Source: a bacterium
Lineage (GTDB): Bacteria > Patescibacteriota > Minisyncoccia > Phycocordibacterales > UBA6899
Direction of reading: 5' to 3'
Assembly: GCA_021851895.1 (NCBI GenBank)
Contig: JAJZQJ010000002.1
Location: 5,046 to 69,045, forward strand
Length of the DNA: 64,000 bases
Below are positions 35,882 through 45,195 of this stretch, in pieces (position 1 is the first letter of the stretch; every line of letters begins with the position of its first letter). The position numbers and the translations under genes are program-made. A model generated the notes under the pieces. The model did not search any database, was not told where the DNA came from, and saw only the letters and a program-made list of their open reading frames with translations.

Positions 35882-36690
35882 AAAATGGGGTCTGACCCCA
35901 TTTTTCTTCGTTTTGTGTGGTATAATGTTGAACACTTACTATATAATATATATTGCATATCAAATGGCACGTCAGCATCGCCTCGATCTCCCTGGTCGCG
36001 CATTCCACATCATGAATCGCGCAGTTGGACGCTTGCAGTTATTCAACAATCCTCAGGATTACTTATTGTTTTTAAAAGTCTTTAGGGAGACATGGGAAGT
36101 CAATCCCATCACTATCTATGCGTACTGCGTCATGCCAAATCACTTTCATGTGCTTGTACGTGCTCAGGCGGAAGGGGATATTTCCCGCTTCATGCAGCGC
36201 CTCGCGACGACCTATACTCGTAGGCTACATTTGAAAACAGGGACTGTGGGAGGTGGGCCAGTATTCAAAGGGCGTTATAAATCAATTCTTGTTGATGACG
36301 AATTTGTTTTTAATACGATGTTGCGATATGTGGAGCTGAACGCCGTGCGCGGACAACTCGTATCTCGAGCAGAAGAGTGGGAGTGGGGCAGTGCATACGC
36401 GAGAATAAAGAATGATATGGCATTTGCTCAGATCCTTGCTGAGTTGCCTGAAGAAATACCGAAATCGGCTGATGCCTATCTCGAGTGGTTGCGTGAAGAT
36501 GTTGAAGATCAATCCATTAAGCAAATTCGTGAGTCGATCAAGAAGGGCAGGCCGTATGGCCGCCCGAGTTGGGTCGAGCTCATGGCTGAAGAGCACAATC
36601 TTGCATATACAATGCGTGGCCAAGGTCGGCCAACTATTAAATAACATTACAACACACATTTTAACAAAAAATGGGGTCAGACCCCATTTT
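35882..36690 (+). mobile_element. REP-RAYT-REP unit: REP-associated tyrosine transposase flanked by inverted-repeat hairpins
   Basis: AAAATGGGGTCTGACCCCATTTT (35882-35905) and AAAAAATGGGGTCAGACCCCATTTT (36665-36690) bracket the IS200-like Y1 transposase gene. Confidence 0.65.
35964..36644 (+). CDS. REP-associated tyrosine transposase (IS200/IS605-like Y1 HuH transposase)
   Basis: HuH motif YAYCVMPNHFHVLV. Catalytic Y region (ELNAVRGQLV..EEWEWGS) is typical of RAYT. Confidence 0.8.
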   Translation: MARQHRLDLPGRAFHIMNRAVGRLQLFNNPQDYLLFLKVFRETWEVNPITIYAYCVMPNHFHVLVRAQAEGDISRFMQRLATTYTRRLHLKTGTVGGGPVFKGRYKSILVDDEFVFNTMLRYVELNAVRGQLVSRAEEWEWGSAYARIKNDMAFAQILAELPEEIPKSADAYLEWLREDVEDQSIKQIRESIKKGRPYGRPSWVELMAEEHNLAYTMRGQGRPTIK

Positions 36691-36708
36691 CTGCTATAAT
36701 TTGATAGT

Positions 36709-37086
36709 ATGAAAAAATTCAAAATAACATTCTGGACCACTACGATGATCATCGCGCTCTTTGAGGGCGGTGGCTCCATACTGACGTATGGTTCGCCGAT
36801 GGCGGTCGCGGGAATAACGCATCTCGGTTATCCTGTTTACTTCGTAACGCTGATCGGTGCCTTCAAGGTACTTGGTGCACTCGCGCTCGTCATTCCGCAG
36901 GTGCCGGTTCGGGTGAAGGAGTGGGCATTTGCAGGTTTCGGTATCGATTTCATTTCTGCATCGGTCAGTATTGCGGTGGTCGACGGACTTGGCTTCGGCG
37001 CGTTCTTCCCGCTCATCTTCCTCGGTCTCCTTATTGCATCAAATGTAAGCCATCACAAACTGCTCGATGTGCAAAAAGCACAGTAA
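36709..37086 (+). CDS. DoxX family membrane protein
   Basis: 125 aa, 4 TM, DoxX-like. ATG lies 8 nt after TGCTATAAT. Confidence 0.65.
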   Translation: MKKFKITFWTTTMIIALFEGGGSILTYGSPMAVAGITHLGYPVYFVTLIGAFKVLGALALVIPQVPVRVKEWAFAGFGIDFISASVSIAVVDGLGFGAFFPLIFLGLLIASNVSHHKLLDVQKAQ

Positions 37087-37087
37087 G

Positions 37088-37112
37088 AAAAAACGGGGAT
37101 ACCCCGTTTTTT
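37088..37112. terminator. bidirectional terminator AAAAAACGGGG-ATA-CCCCGTTTTTT
   Basis: Member of the ACGGGG..CCCCGT hairpin family. Confidence 0.6.
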
Positions 37113-37470
37113 ATTGGAACAACCCTAGCTTGAAGACGACGAGAAGGTATAGTGATGCAAGCAAGAAGAATACCGCCATTCCGAGTCCTATCGCTTTATA
37201 TGCACCGAATTTTGGCGCAAGTATGATCACGGTGATCATGTAGGGTACCCAAGATACAAATGTTCCATATAGTACGAATTTCGCATTCTGGCTCACTGCG
37301 AGACCGCCTCCCGTTTGTCCAATGAAGATATAAGAGATGAGGGTGAAGACGGGCATGAGTGCGAGGAAGCCGGAGAGGAGTCGTGAACCGCTCTGATCAA
37401 GGACGACGATGAGCGTCGTGAAGAATCCACCGGAAATGAAATAGATGAGCATGTTGGTCATGTGGTGCAT
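37111..37470 (-). CDS. hypothetical membrane protein
   Basis: About 119 aa from MHHMTNM..; 4 TM. The track's N-terminal extension overlaps the decarboxylase gene. Confidence 0.4.
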   Translation of the reverse strand: MHHMTNMLIYFISGGFFTTLIVVLDQSGSRLLSGFLALMPVFTLISYIFIGQTGGGLAVSQNAKFVLYGTFVSWVPYMITVIILAPKFGAYKAIGLGMAVFFLLASLYLLVVFKLGLFQ

Positions 37471-37516
37471 TATAGCAAAGAAAAACCCGCGGTTGAAACC
37501 GTGGGTGTGGTAGTGT

Positions 37517-38704
37517 TCACTTCGGCAGAATCGCAGTCCGAAGCGGAGCGAATCCGTTGAAGTTGACGGCGGCGTAGCTTGCCGTGTAGGCGCCCGTCGA
37601 GAGCAGGTAGATGCGGTCGCCTTCCTTGAGGGAGGCGGGAGCCGCATACAGATCCTTCTGGTACATGATGTCCGCGCTGTCGCAGGTGGGGCCCGCGATG
37701 ATCACATCGCCCCAATCCTCGCCACTTTCGTGTGCGTGATCGGGGAAGTAGATCGGGTAGCGGATGGCTTCGCCCTCAGTCTCGGCGAGTCCGCCGAAGC
37801 GGCCGATGTCGAGGAAGAGCCAGCGTACGGGATCGTTGTTCGACTTCTTGCTGATGCGGACGACCTCGGTGCAAAGCACACCAGCATCACCCGCGAGGGA
37901 GCGGCCGGGCTCGACGATGATGTCGAGGTCGTCGATCTTGAAGTCCTCGCGGAGGTACTGCATGACCGAGGACCCGTACTCTTCCTGGGTCTGCGTCGGC
38001 TTGAGGTACTCTGCGGGGAATCCTCCGCCGATGTTAATGCACTTCAGCGCGATGTCCTTCTCATGGAGGAGGGCGTCGAACAGGTGCTTCACCTGGGCGA
38101 GAGCAGTGTCCCACTGGCCGATGTCGCGCTGCTGGGAGCCGACATGGAACGCGATGCCGTACGGCACGAGTCCCAATTCTTTGGCCTTCACAGCGAGGCG
38201 GAACGCCATGCCGGGATGGCAGCCGAACTTGCGGGAGAGGGGCCAGTCGGCACCCTTTCCGTCGAGGATGATCCTGAAGTTGACCTTGGCGCCCGGGGCG
38301 CACTCGGCCAGGTTGATGAGGTCCTCCTCGGAGTCAGAGGTGTACAGCGTGACCCCATGCGTGAACGCGAACGCGATGTCCGCGCGCTTTTTGATGGGGT
38401 TGCCATAGCTGATCTTCTCACCGGTGATGCCGAGCGCGAGCAGCTGCTCGATCTCGGGCCGCGAGGCGACGTCGAAATTCGAGCCGCGCTTCGCGATCGA
38501 GGTGATCACCTCGTCCATCGGGCACGCCTTGATGGCGTAGAAAATGCGCGTGCCCGGCATCGAGCTCACCAGACGATCGTAGGCCGCATTGATGCGGTCA
38601 AGGTCGATGATGAGCAGCGGCGTCTGTTGCGTCTGCGCGAACTTCTGGATGTTCTCGAAGTCGAGCTGCGGAAGCAGCTGGGCCGCGCGGTTCTTGTTCT
38701 CCAC
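37517..38704 (-). CDS. PLP-dependent decarboxylase, fold III (ornithine/lysine/diaminopimelate decarboxylase family), strongly GC-rich
   Basis: FYAIKACP (PLP-lysine motif), a GGG loop (INIGGGFP) and C-terminal beta-domain motifs (GPTCDSAD..GAYT). Confidence 0.8.
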   Translation of the reverse strand: MENKNRAAQLLPQLDFENIQKFAQTQQTPLLIIDLDRINAAYDRLVSSMPGTRIFYAIKACPMDEVITSIAKRGSNFDVASRPEIEQLLALGITGEKISYGNPIKKRADIAFAFTHGVTLYTSDSEEDLINLAECAPGAKVNFRIILDGKGADWPLSRKFGCHPGMAFRLAVKAKELGLVPYGIAFHVGSQQRDIGQWDTALAQVKHLFDALLHEKDIALKCINIGGGFPAEYLKPTQTQEEYGSSVMQYLREDFKIDDLDIIVEPGRSLAGDAGVLCTEVVRISKKSNNDPVRWLFLDIGRFGGLAETEGEAIRYPIYFPDHAHESGEDWGDVIIAGPTCDSADIMYQKDLYAAPASLKEGDRIYLLSTGAYTASYAAVNFNGFAPLRTAILPK

Positions 38705-38850
38705 TGGAGCTCCTTGTAGGGGAAAGAGCGGACAAGGAAATCTTGTCGTTCGGGGGATACAGTAGCATATATTTCAAAACATGCAAGTTGAAATATGTCA
38801 AGAAATGGGGAAAACATAACCCTATCTCTCCGCGATGCTATACTAAGTAT

Positions 38851-39336
38851 ATGATAAAACAAGCAGTATTTGCTGGCGGATGTTTTTGGGGTCTCGAGGA
38901 GCTCATTCGGAGACAAAAAGGGGTGGTGGATACCGAGGTTGGTTATGCGGGCGGGACAGAACCAGATCCTACGTATGAGCATCATCCTGGTTATGCTGAG
39001 TCGGTTGCGATCTCCTATGATGATACGAAGACCTCATATCGAGAATTACTCGATTTCTTCTTTCGCATACATGATCCAACAACACCGAACAGGCAAGGAG
39101 GAGACATCGGATCCTCTTATCGCTCTGCGATTTTCTATGGTGATGAGATAGAAAAGAAAGAGGCTGAAGATTTTATTCTGCTCGTCAATAAATCGGGGAG
39201 ATGGAAAGATCCCGTGGTGACAACGCTTGAACCCCTTACAAAATTTTACAAAGCAGAGGAGTATCACCAGGATTATCTCGAGAAGAATCCAGGCGGATAT
39301 ACTTGCCACTTTATTCGTTTTGGTAGCTATCTTTGA
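38851..39336 (+). CDS. msrA: peptide-methionine (S)-S-oxide reductase
   Basis: GGCFWG active-site motif. ATG lies 6 nt after TGCTATACT. The track's upstream extension is unlikely. Confidence 0.9.
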   Translation: MIKQAVFAGGCFWGLEELIRRQKGVVDTEVGYAGGTEPDPTYEHHPGYAESVAISYDDTKTSYRELLDFFFRIHDPTTPNRQGGDIGSSYRSAIFYGDEIEKKEAEDFILLVNKSGRWKDPVVTTLEPLTKFYKAEEYHQDYLEKNPGGYTCHFIRFGSYL

Positions 39337-39722
39337 TCATGCAATTGAATGAACTTTCACCAGAAGAGCATAGGGTGATCATCGATAAAGGTACAGAGTT
39401 ACCTTTTAGTGGAGAATATGATCAGAAGTTCGACAGTGGCATCTATGTGTGTCGCCAATGTGATACGCCACTCTATCGTTCCGAAGATAAATTTGATGCA
39501 CATTGCGGTTGGCCTGCTTTTGATGCTGAAATAGAAGGAGCGATCATCCATCATCCTGATCCCGATGGAGAGCGCACGGAGATCGCGTGTGCTCGATGTG
39601 GGGCACATTTGGGCCACGTTTTTCTGAATGAGCAGTTCACTCCAAAGAACGTGCGCCATTGTGTGAATTCGTTGTCATTGAAATTCGTACCCGGCGGGGA
39701 TACTGAATCCCTTGCCAAGTAG
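39333..39722 (+). CDS. msrB: peptide-methionine (R)-S-oxide reductase
   Basis: CxxC...CxxC zinc site and RHCVNS catalytic motif. Overlaps the msrA stop (ATGA). Confidence 0.9.
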   Translation: MIMQLNELSPEEHRVIIDKGTELPFSGEYDQKFDSGIYVCRQCDTPLYRSEDKFDAHCGWPAFDAEIEGAIIHHPDPDGERTEIACARCGAHLGHVFLNEQFTPKNVRHCVNSLSLKFVPGGDTESLAK

Positions 39723-39748
39723 GTTGGAAGCCCTTACTCTTATGTCAT

Positions 39749-40150
39749 ATGCTGAAAGATTTCAAACAATTCTTGCTTCGTGGTAATGTCGTCGATCTTG
39801 CCGTCGGTGTCGTTGTCGGAGCTTCGTTTGGCGCCGTGGTCACTGCGCTTGTCGCTGATGTGCTCACACCCTTTATTGCGGCCATTGCAAAAGTGCCCGA
39901 TTTTTCTGGTATTGCATTCACGCTTAATGGGAGTAAGTTTCCCATCGGCCATTTCATGAATGCGCTTGTGTCATTTATCTTGGTATCGACCGCAGTATTC
40001 TTTTTTGTCGTTAAGCCGATGAATCATCTCATTGCTCGGTCCCGAAAGGAGGTTCCTGCTGATCCGACGACAAAAAAGTGCACAGAATGTCTTAGTGAGA
40101 TCCCTATTGAAGCAAAGCGATGTGCACATTGTGCACAGGTGCAAATATGA
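39749..40150 (+). CDS. mscL: large-conductance mechanosensitive channel with a C-terminal CxxC..CxxC extension
   Basis: N-terminal FKQFLLRGNVVDLAVGVVVGASFG. Two TM helices. The tail CTECLSEIPIEAKRCAHCAQ has 4 Cys. Confidence 0.85.
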   Translation: MLKDFKQFLLRGNVVDLAVGVVVGASFGAVVTALVADVLTPFIAAIAKVPDFSGIAFTLNGSKFPIGHFMNALVSFILVSTAVFFFVVKPMNHLIARSRKEVPADPTTKKCTECLSEIPIEAKRCAHCAQVQI

Positions 40151-40311
40151 AGAACAGGCATGATAAAAAACCGCTGCCAATGGCGGTTTTTTGCATTGCG
40201 CCAAATATTACAACACGAAATGGCATTCTGTCTTCATCACAAAAACTTCATCTGGGTGTCATAATATAATAAGCATGAGTAGCTCTCGTAGTTACTCCTT
40301 AATTTATATTT

Positions 40312-40890
40312 ATGCAGATCATCGTACTTATTTTACTCACGCTCTCAGGGGGACTTTCCTATATTGCAAAGAGCGCGCTTCCTGGTGACATGCTCTATCC
40401 TGTGAAGACGGGAATAGACGAACCCATCGAAGAGGCTTTGGCGTTTGGTCCTGAGGCGAAAAGTGCCGTTCACGTCAGTCATGCCCTTGAGCGCCTTTCC
40501 GAGATCGCACAGTTGCAATCAGCGGGTAAGCTTTCTCATCGTGACGAGGTCTTCACAAAATTCGCTTTTGAAAATGAACTCAGTAAAGTGAACGCTGATA
40601 TTGAAACATTAAATACAATAAAGAACTACCGAGTCGCACGAGAGGTCGAGAAGACCATGCGCGAAGGAATGCAAAGAAGTCCGGTGCTCGCGACACTCTA
40701 TGGCAATCAACAGGCAACGAGCAGCGATAAGAATATCGCTGACGGTGCTTTGGTGGAAGGTCAGCAGGATAGACCGACAACCCCTACGACTGCACCAGTG
40801 CTTTCCTCTACGACGAAATACGTCCCCAAGCTCTTACCGCCCCGAAATAATATCTCTCGCGGAGATGATAATGAGGAGGAAGACGACTAG
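40312..40890 (+). CDS. secreted hypothetical protein (DUF5667-like; acidic C-terminus)
   Basis: Signal peptide, then the LPGDMLYPVK motif. Low-complexity PTT and D/E tail. Confidence 0.4.
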   Translation: MQIIVLILLTLSGGLSYIAKSALPGDMLYPVKTGIDEPIEEALAFGPEAKSAVHVSHALERLSEIAQLQSAGKLSHRDEVFTKFAFENELSKVNADIETLNTIKNYRVAREVEKTMREGMQRSPVLATLYGNQQATSSDKNIADGALVEGQQDRPTTPTTAPVLSSTTKYVPKLLPPRNNISRGDDNEEEDD

Positions 40891-40902
40891 AAGTACATAC
40901 AC

Positions 40903-41481
40903 ATGAAAAAATATTTTCTTTCTATATTCACCATATTGTCCTTTGTGGGCTACGCGCTCTATGAGCGTCAGGTAAACCCTGCACCGCCACTTATCGACAA
41001 TACGATCACTGCAACTGCAGGAAATGGACGGCCAGGACGAACCCTGGCAGTAACTGATATTGTCACACCTCCTACGGTGACGACGAACACTCCGACGCCA
41101 GAGGGTAGGGTGCCAAAGCCTATTCCAACTCCAGTAACTCCCGTGACGAAGCCTGCGCCTACACCTGCGCCGACACCAGCACCCGTTGCTCTTGGAAAGT
41201 TTAAGGATGGCACATATGATGGAGACATTGCTGATGTTTATTATGGTCTCGTGCAGGTGCGCGCGGTCGTACAAGGCGGTAAGCTCGTCGATGTCGTCTG
41301 GCTTAATTATCCGCAGGATAACCAGACCTCACTCAGTAAGAGTGCCCGAGCACGTCCTCTATTGACCGCAGAAGCTATCGCAGCACAAGATGCTCAGGTG
41401 GATCGTGTTTCTGGTGCATCCGCAACGAGCGGCGGTTTCGTAGATTCTCTTGCGTCTGCATTGCTCCAGGCAAAAGCATAG
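40903..41481 (+). CDS. secreted FMN-binding domain protein (NqrC/RnfG-like FMN_bind)
   Basis: Signal/anchor, PT-rich linker, then GKFKDGTYDG...VQVRAVVQGGKLVDV...VDRVSGASATSGGF, typical of the FMN-binding domain (covalent flavinylation target). Confidence 0.65.
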   Translation: MKKYFLSIFTILSFVGYALYERQVNPAPPLIDNTITATAGNGRPGRTLAVTDIVTPPTVTTNTPTPEGRVPKPIPTPVTPVTKPAPTPAPTPAPVALGKFKDGTYDGDIADVYYGLVQVRAVVQGGKLVDVVWLNYPQDNQTSLSKSARARPLLTAEAIAAQDAQVDRVSGASATSGGFVDSLASALLQAKA

Positions 41482-41484
41482 CTT

Positions 41485-42231
41485 ATGAAAATGATGCGTA
41501 CCTACATGACGATGCCATGCATCGTCGAGATAGTCGACGCGAATGCTGATGTGAAAGACATCGAGGCAGTCTTTGATTATTTCCAACATACCGACGAGTC
41601 ATTCAGTTATTTCAAGCCCACAAGCGAGCTTTCCGCGATAAACTCAGGGAAGTTGAAGCTCGAGGATGCAAGCGCTGAAATGCGCGAGATCTTTGCGCTT
41701 TGCGAAAAGACCAAGGAGCAAACCGATGGATTCTTCGATATTCTGCAGCCTGACGGAACATATAACACCTCAGGGCTTGTGAAGGGACTCGCAGTGCATC
41801 GTGGCGCCGAGATCTTGCGCAGGCGCGGATACAAGAATTTTTGCGTTGAGATCGCAGGCGATATGGAGGTCTCTGGACACAATGAAGACGGTACGGATTG
41901 GGTGATCGGCATACAGAATCCATTCAATAGATACGAAGTCATCAAACGCGTCGCGTTGACCAATAAAGGTATCGCGACCTCTGGTGTTTATGAAAGAGGG
42001 AGCCATATTTATAATCCAAAGGACTGGACGGATAAGATCGAGAAGATCGTCGGACTTACGGTCATCGGCCCGAATGTTTATGAGGCGGATCGTTTTGCGA
42101 CCGCGTGCTATGCGATGGGGGAGGAAGGCATATACTTCCTCGAGTACCTCGATGGTTTCGAGGGCTATCTCGTCGGTAGTAATGGAATCGCGATGATGAC
42201 GACAGGATTCGCAAAATACATAATTACTTAA
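41485..42231 (+). CDS. apbE: FAD:protein FMN transferase (ApbE/Ftp family)
   Basis: 248 aa with ApbE-like motifs (ALTNKGIATSGVYERG; GLVKGLAV). Confidence 0.75.
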   Translation: MKMMRTYMTMPCIVEIVDANADVKDIEAVFDYFQHTDESFSYFKPTSELSAINSGKLKLEDASAEMREIFALCEKTKEQTDGFFDILQPDGTYNTSGLVKGLAVHRGAEILRRRGYKNFCVEIAGDMEVSGHNEDGTDWVIGIQNPFNRYEVIKRVALTNKGIATSGVYERGSHIYNPKDWTDKIEKIVGLTVIGPNVYEADRFATACYAMGEEGIYFLEYLDGFEGYLVGSNGIAMMTTGFAKYIIT

Positions 42232-42238
42232 CGAAACT

Positions 42239-43762
42239 ATGATGAAATTCATCGACAGTATTCTCAATCGTTTCACCATGTATAGGGTCGTGCTCTATTA
42301 TCTCATAGGGCTTTTCGTCATCGCACTCCTTTTTGGTGCGTTTGGGATAATAGCGTATAACCCCGCTTATCTGCTTGCAGAGGCAGCGTTCATCATCGCA
42401 GTGAGCTGGCTCACAAATGAGATCTTTTCGCGAGCGTTCAATGCACCAACAAACGTCGAGTCGGTGTATATCACCGCACTCATTTTGACGCTGCTCATCA
42501 CTCCTGGAAAACCTATGGAGATGATGGGTATGTACTTCTGGTCAGCAGTGATCGCGATGGCCGCAAAATATATCTTCGCGTTCAAGAAGCAGCATATATT
42601 CAATCCTGTCGCGATTGCCGCGGTCATCATGGCCTTCGCGACCAATCAGGTTGTCGATTGGTGGGTGGCCGGCACACCAGTGTTGTTTCCATTCGTATTC
42701 TTCGGTGGCTTGCTCATTGTGCGTAAGTTGAAGCGCACTGAAACGCTGGCCGCATTCTTTGGTGTTTTCGCGTTCGTGACCGTGGCAAATATCGTGATCA
42801 ATGGAGGCAACCTGCTCACAACAATAGTAAATGTGTTCTTACGCTCGCCGATCTTCTTCCTCGGTTTTGTGATGCTCACAGAGCCGCTTACCGCTCCGAC
42901 ACGCAAGATCCCTCGTATTGTTTATGGAGCACTTGTTGGTGCACTTGCGGTCCCGAGTGTGAAATACTTCGGCATGAATACGACGCCAGAACTCGCGCTC
43001 GTTATAGGAAACGTCTTTGCATTCAGTATCACTGCGCGAGATCGCGTCATGCTGTCTCTAAGGAAGGCACAGTCGCTCGCGCTGAATACTTATGAATTCA
43101 TCTTCCATCCTGATAGGGTGCCGAAGTTTCATCCGGGGCAATATATGGAATGGACGTTACCGCACGAGAAGAGCGATTCACGCGGCACGCGACGTTACTT
43201 CACGATCGCCTCATCGCCTACAGAGAAGGATTTCTTGCTTGGCATAAAAGCGTTCCCTGAAGGGAGTTCATACAAGAAAGCATTATTGCAGATGGGAGGA
43301 GGCGAGATGATGACTGCAGCACAGGTTGCTGGCGATTTCATTCTTCCGAAAGACCCAAAGAAGAAGCTCGTATTCATCGCAGGCGGTATCGGCATCACTC
43401 CATTTCGCAGTATGCTGAAGTATCTCGTCGACATGAATGAGCACCGCGATATTGTTGTCTTCTATTTGAATAAGGTTGCGGGGGAGATCGCATACACTGA
43501 TGTGCTCGAGGAGGCGTCAAATAAGCTCGGCATACGTACCGTCTTCGTGCTTACTGATCCCGGCGCGGCAAAGGGACATGTGTGGGCTGAGGGCGGACCT
43601 TGTGATGCGGCGATGATACAAAAGTACGTCCCTGATTTCAATGCACGAACATTTTATATATCTGGTCCTCATGGTATGGTCGATGCATTCGAGCGGATGC
43701 TCACGACAATGGGTGTTCCGAAAAAACAAGTCACCGTCGACTTCTTCCCAGGATTCGCTTAG
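42239..43762 (+). CDS. membrane-anchored FAD/NAD(P)-binding oxidoreductase (polytopic N-domain fused to ferredoxin-reductase-like domain)
   Basis: About 290-aa multi-TM N-domain. The C-domain has RRYFTIASSP (FAD RxYS) and FIAGGIGITPFRSM (NAD GxGxxP). Confidence 0.6.
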   Translation: MMKFIDSILNRFTMYRVVLYYLIGLFVIALLFGAFGIIAYNPAYLLAEAAFIIAVSWLTNEIFSRAFNAPTNVESVYITALILTLLITPGKPMEMMGMYFWSAVIAMAAKYIFAFKKQHIFNPVAIAAVIMAFATNQVVDWWVAGTPVLFPFVFFGGLLIVRKLKRTETLAAFFGVFAFVTVANIVINGGNLLTTIVNVFLRSPIFFLGFVMLTEPLTAPTRKIPRIVYGALVGALAVPSVKYFGMNTTPELALVIGNVFAFSITARDRVMLSLRKAQSLALNTYEFIFHPDRVPKFHPGQYMEWTLPHEKSDSRGTRRYFTIASSPTEKDFLLGIKAFPEGSSYKKALLQMGGGEMMTAAQVAGDFILPKDPKKKLVFIAGGIGITPFRSMLKYLVDMNEHRDIVVFYLNKVAGEIAYTDVLEEASNKLGIRTVFVLTDPGAAKGHVWAEGGPCDAAMIQKYVPDFNARTFYISGPHGMVDAFERMLTTMGVPKKQVTVDFFPGFA

Positions 43763-43768
43763 TTGTAA

Positions 43769-43797
43769 AAATTCGAGGCATTGCCTCGAATTTTTGT
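43769..43797 (+). terminator. intrinsic terminator TTCGAGGCA-TT-GCCTCGAA + T-run
   Basis: Perfect 9-bp stem followed by TTTTTG. Confidence 0.6.
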
Positions 43798-43817
43798 TCA
43801 GGTGTATACTATGAATA

Positions 43818-44171
43818 ATGTCTATGAAAAAATATTTTCAAGAAATTCGCGAATATTTAAATGACAACCCTGAGGGCTATTGGTTCAAAGCGAAGCTCTA
43901 TGGTTGGGGCTGGACTCCTGCACGTAAGGAAGGTTGGTGGACGATAGGCATATTCATTTTGCTCATCATAGTGCTCTCCATGCAACTACAGCCACATATG
44001 GAATTACGGCAGATGCTCCCGACATTCTTTCTCCCATTGTTCTTACTTATCATCGCATTGACGGTGATCATGTTTGCAAAAGGTGAGCGACCTCGCTGGC
44101 AATGGGGTGTACCAAAGAAAAAAAGTAACCGATCAACTGATTCAGAAAATAACGAAAATACCCCTGTATAA
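43818..44171 (+). CDS. small hypothetical membrane protein
   Basis: 117 aa, 2 TM. ATG lies 7 nt after TGTATACT. Confidence 0.4.
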   Translation: MSMKKYFQEIREYLNDNPEGYWFKAKLYGWGWTPARKEGWWTIGIFILLIIVLSMQLQPHMELRQMLPTFFLPLFLLIIALTVIMFAKGERPRWQWGVPKKKSNRSTDSENNENTPV

Positions 44172-44316
44172 GGGGATTTTTTGTCTCATGAGACCTTCAT
44201 CTCCTCTTTGTATGATTTCACAAGCATAGGAGAGTGCCTTATAGGAACGATTCACATTTTCCTATCGATGCCATCGATCGTGGTGGTAGTTTATCATCTA
44301 ACTCACTAACATAATA

Positions 44317-45144
44317 ATGAATAAAAGATATTTATCCTTTTTTGTTTTGATGGGCCTTGCGCTTGTTGCCGGCACAGCGCAAAAGGCGTCTGCGGAAGAT
44401 GTTACAACAGGAGATACTCGAGCACAAATCGGACATCACGAGGGCTTTGAGCGTGGACCTGGCATTTGGAAAACGCAAAATGGTGTATTTGGTGTGGTCA
44501 CGGGCGTGAGTGGCTCGGCGATCACGCTTGATGCAACGCAGCGACAGAACGTGGCTGCCGCAGTAAAGACATATACTGTGGACACTACTAATGCGAAGTT
44601 TATAAAAAACGGAGCAGAAAGTACACTCAGTGCGATCGCAATGGGCGACCATATCATGGTCCAGGGTACAGTGAATGGACAGAATGTGACTGCGACTCTC
44701 GTCCGCGACGGAATGGAATTTGGAGGCCCGCGAGAGGGTGTGGGGATGGCGACAGGTACGCGCGCGTCTCGTGGTCGTGGGATAGAGCATTCGGCAGTCG
44801 CAGGGCTTCCTACGGGTAATGGGCAGCCGGTCATTGCGGGAACAGTGACTGAAGTACGTGGGAATGCGGTGACGATCACCAATCGCGGGAATATCCCATA
44901 CACTGTTGACGTGACGAATGCGAATATTCAAAAAGCAGGAGCTACATCTACGGCTTCAGGTATTGCTGTCGGTGATAACGTGATTGTGCAGGGTTCAGTA
45001 TCAGGGACTACGATCACCGCAACTTCGTTTATCGATCGAGGGGTGATGCCAACAGTACAGGCCAACGCAAATGACGCACCTGCTCCGCAATCTCGCGTGG
45101 GGATATGGGGGCATGTGAAAAATTTCTTCAGTCGATTCTTCTAA
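44317..45144 (+). CDS. secreted protein with two internal about 70-aa repeats (DUF5666-like)
   Basis: Signal peptide. Repeat 1 VVTGVSGSAITLDAT...HIMVQGTVNGQNVTAT and repeat 2 VIAGTVTEVRGNAVTITN...NVIVQGSVSGTTITAT. Confidence 0.5.
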   Translation: MNKRYLSFFVLMGLALVAGTAQKASAEDVTTGDTRAQIGHHEGFERGPGIWKTQNGVFGVVTGVSGSAITLDATQRQNVAAAVKTYTVDTTNAKFIKNGAESTLSAIAMGDHIMVQGTVNGQNVTATLVRDGMEFGGPREGVGMATGTRASRGRGIEHSAVAGLPTGNGQPVIAGTVTEVRGNAVTITNRGNIPYTVDVTNANIQKAGATSTASGIAVGDNVIVQGSVSGTTITATSFIDRGVMPTVQANANDAPAPQSRVGIWGHVKNFFSRFF

Positions 45145-45195
45145 GTTTGCAAAAGGAGCATTCGTGCTCTTTTTGTTTTGCGCTATACTATGTAT

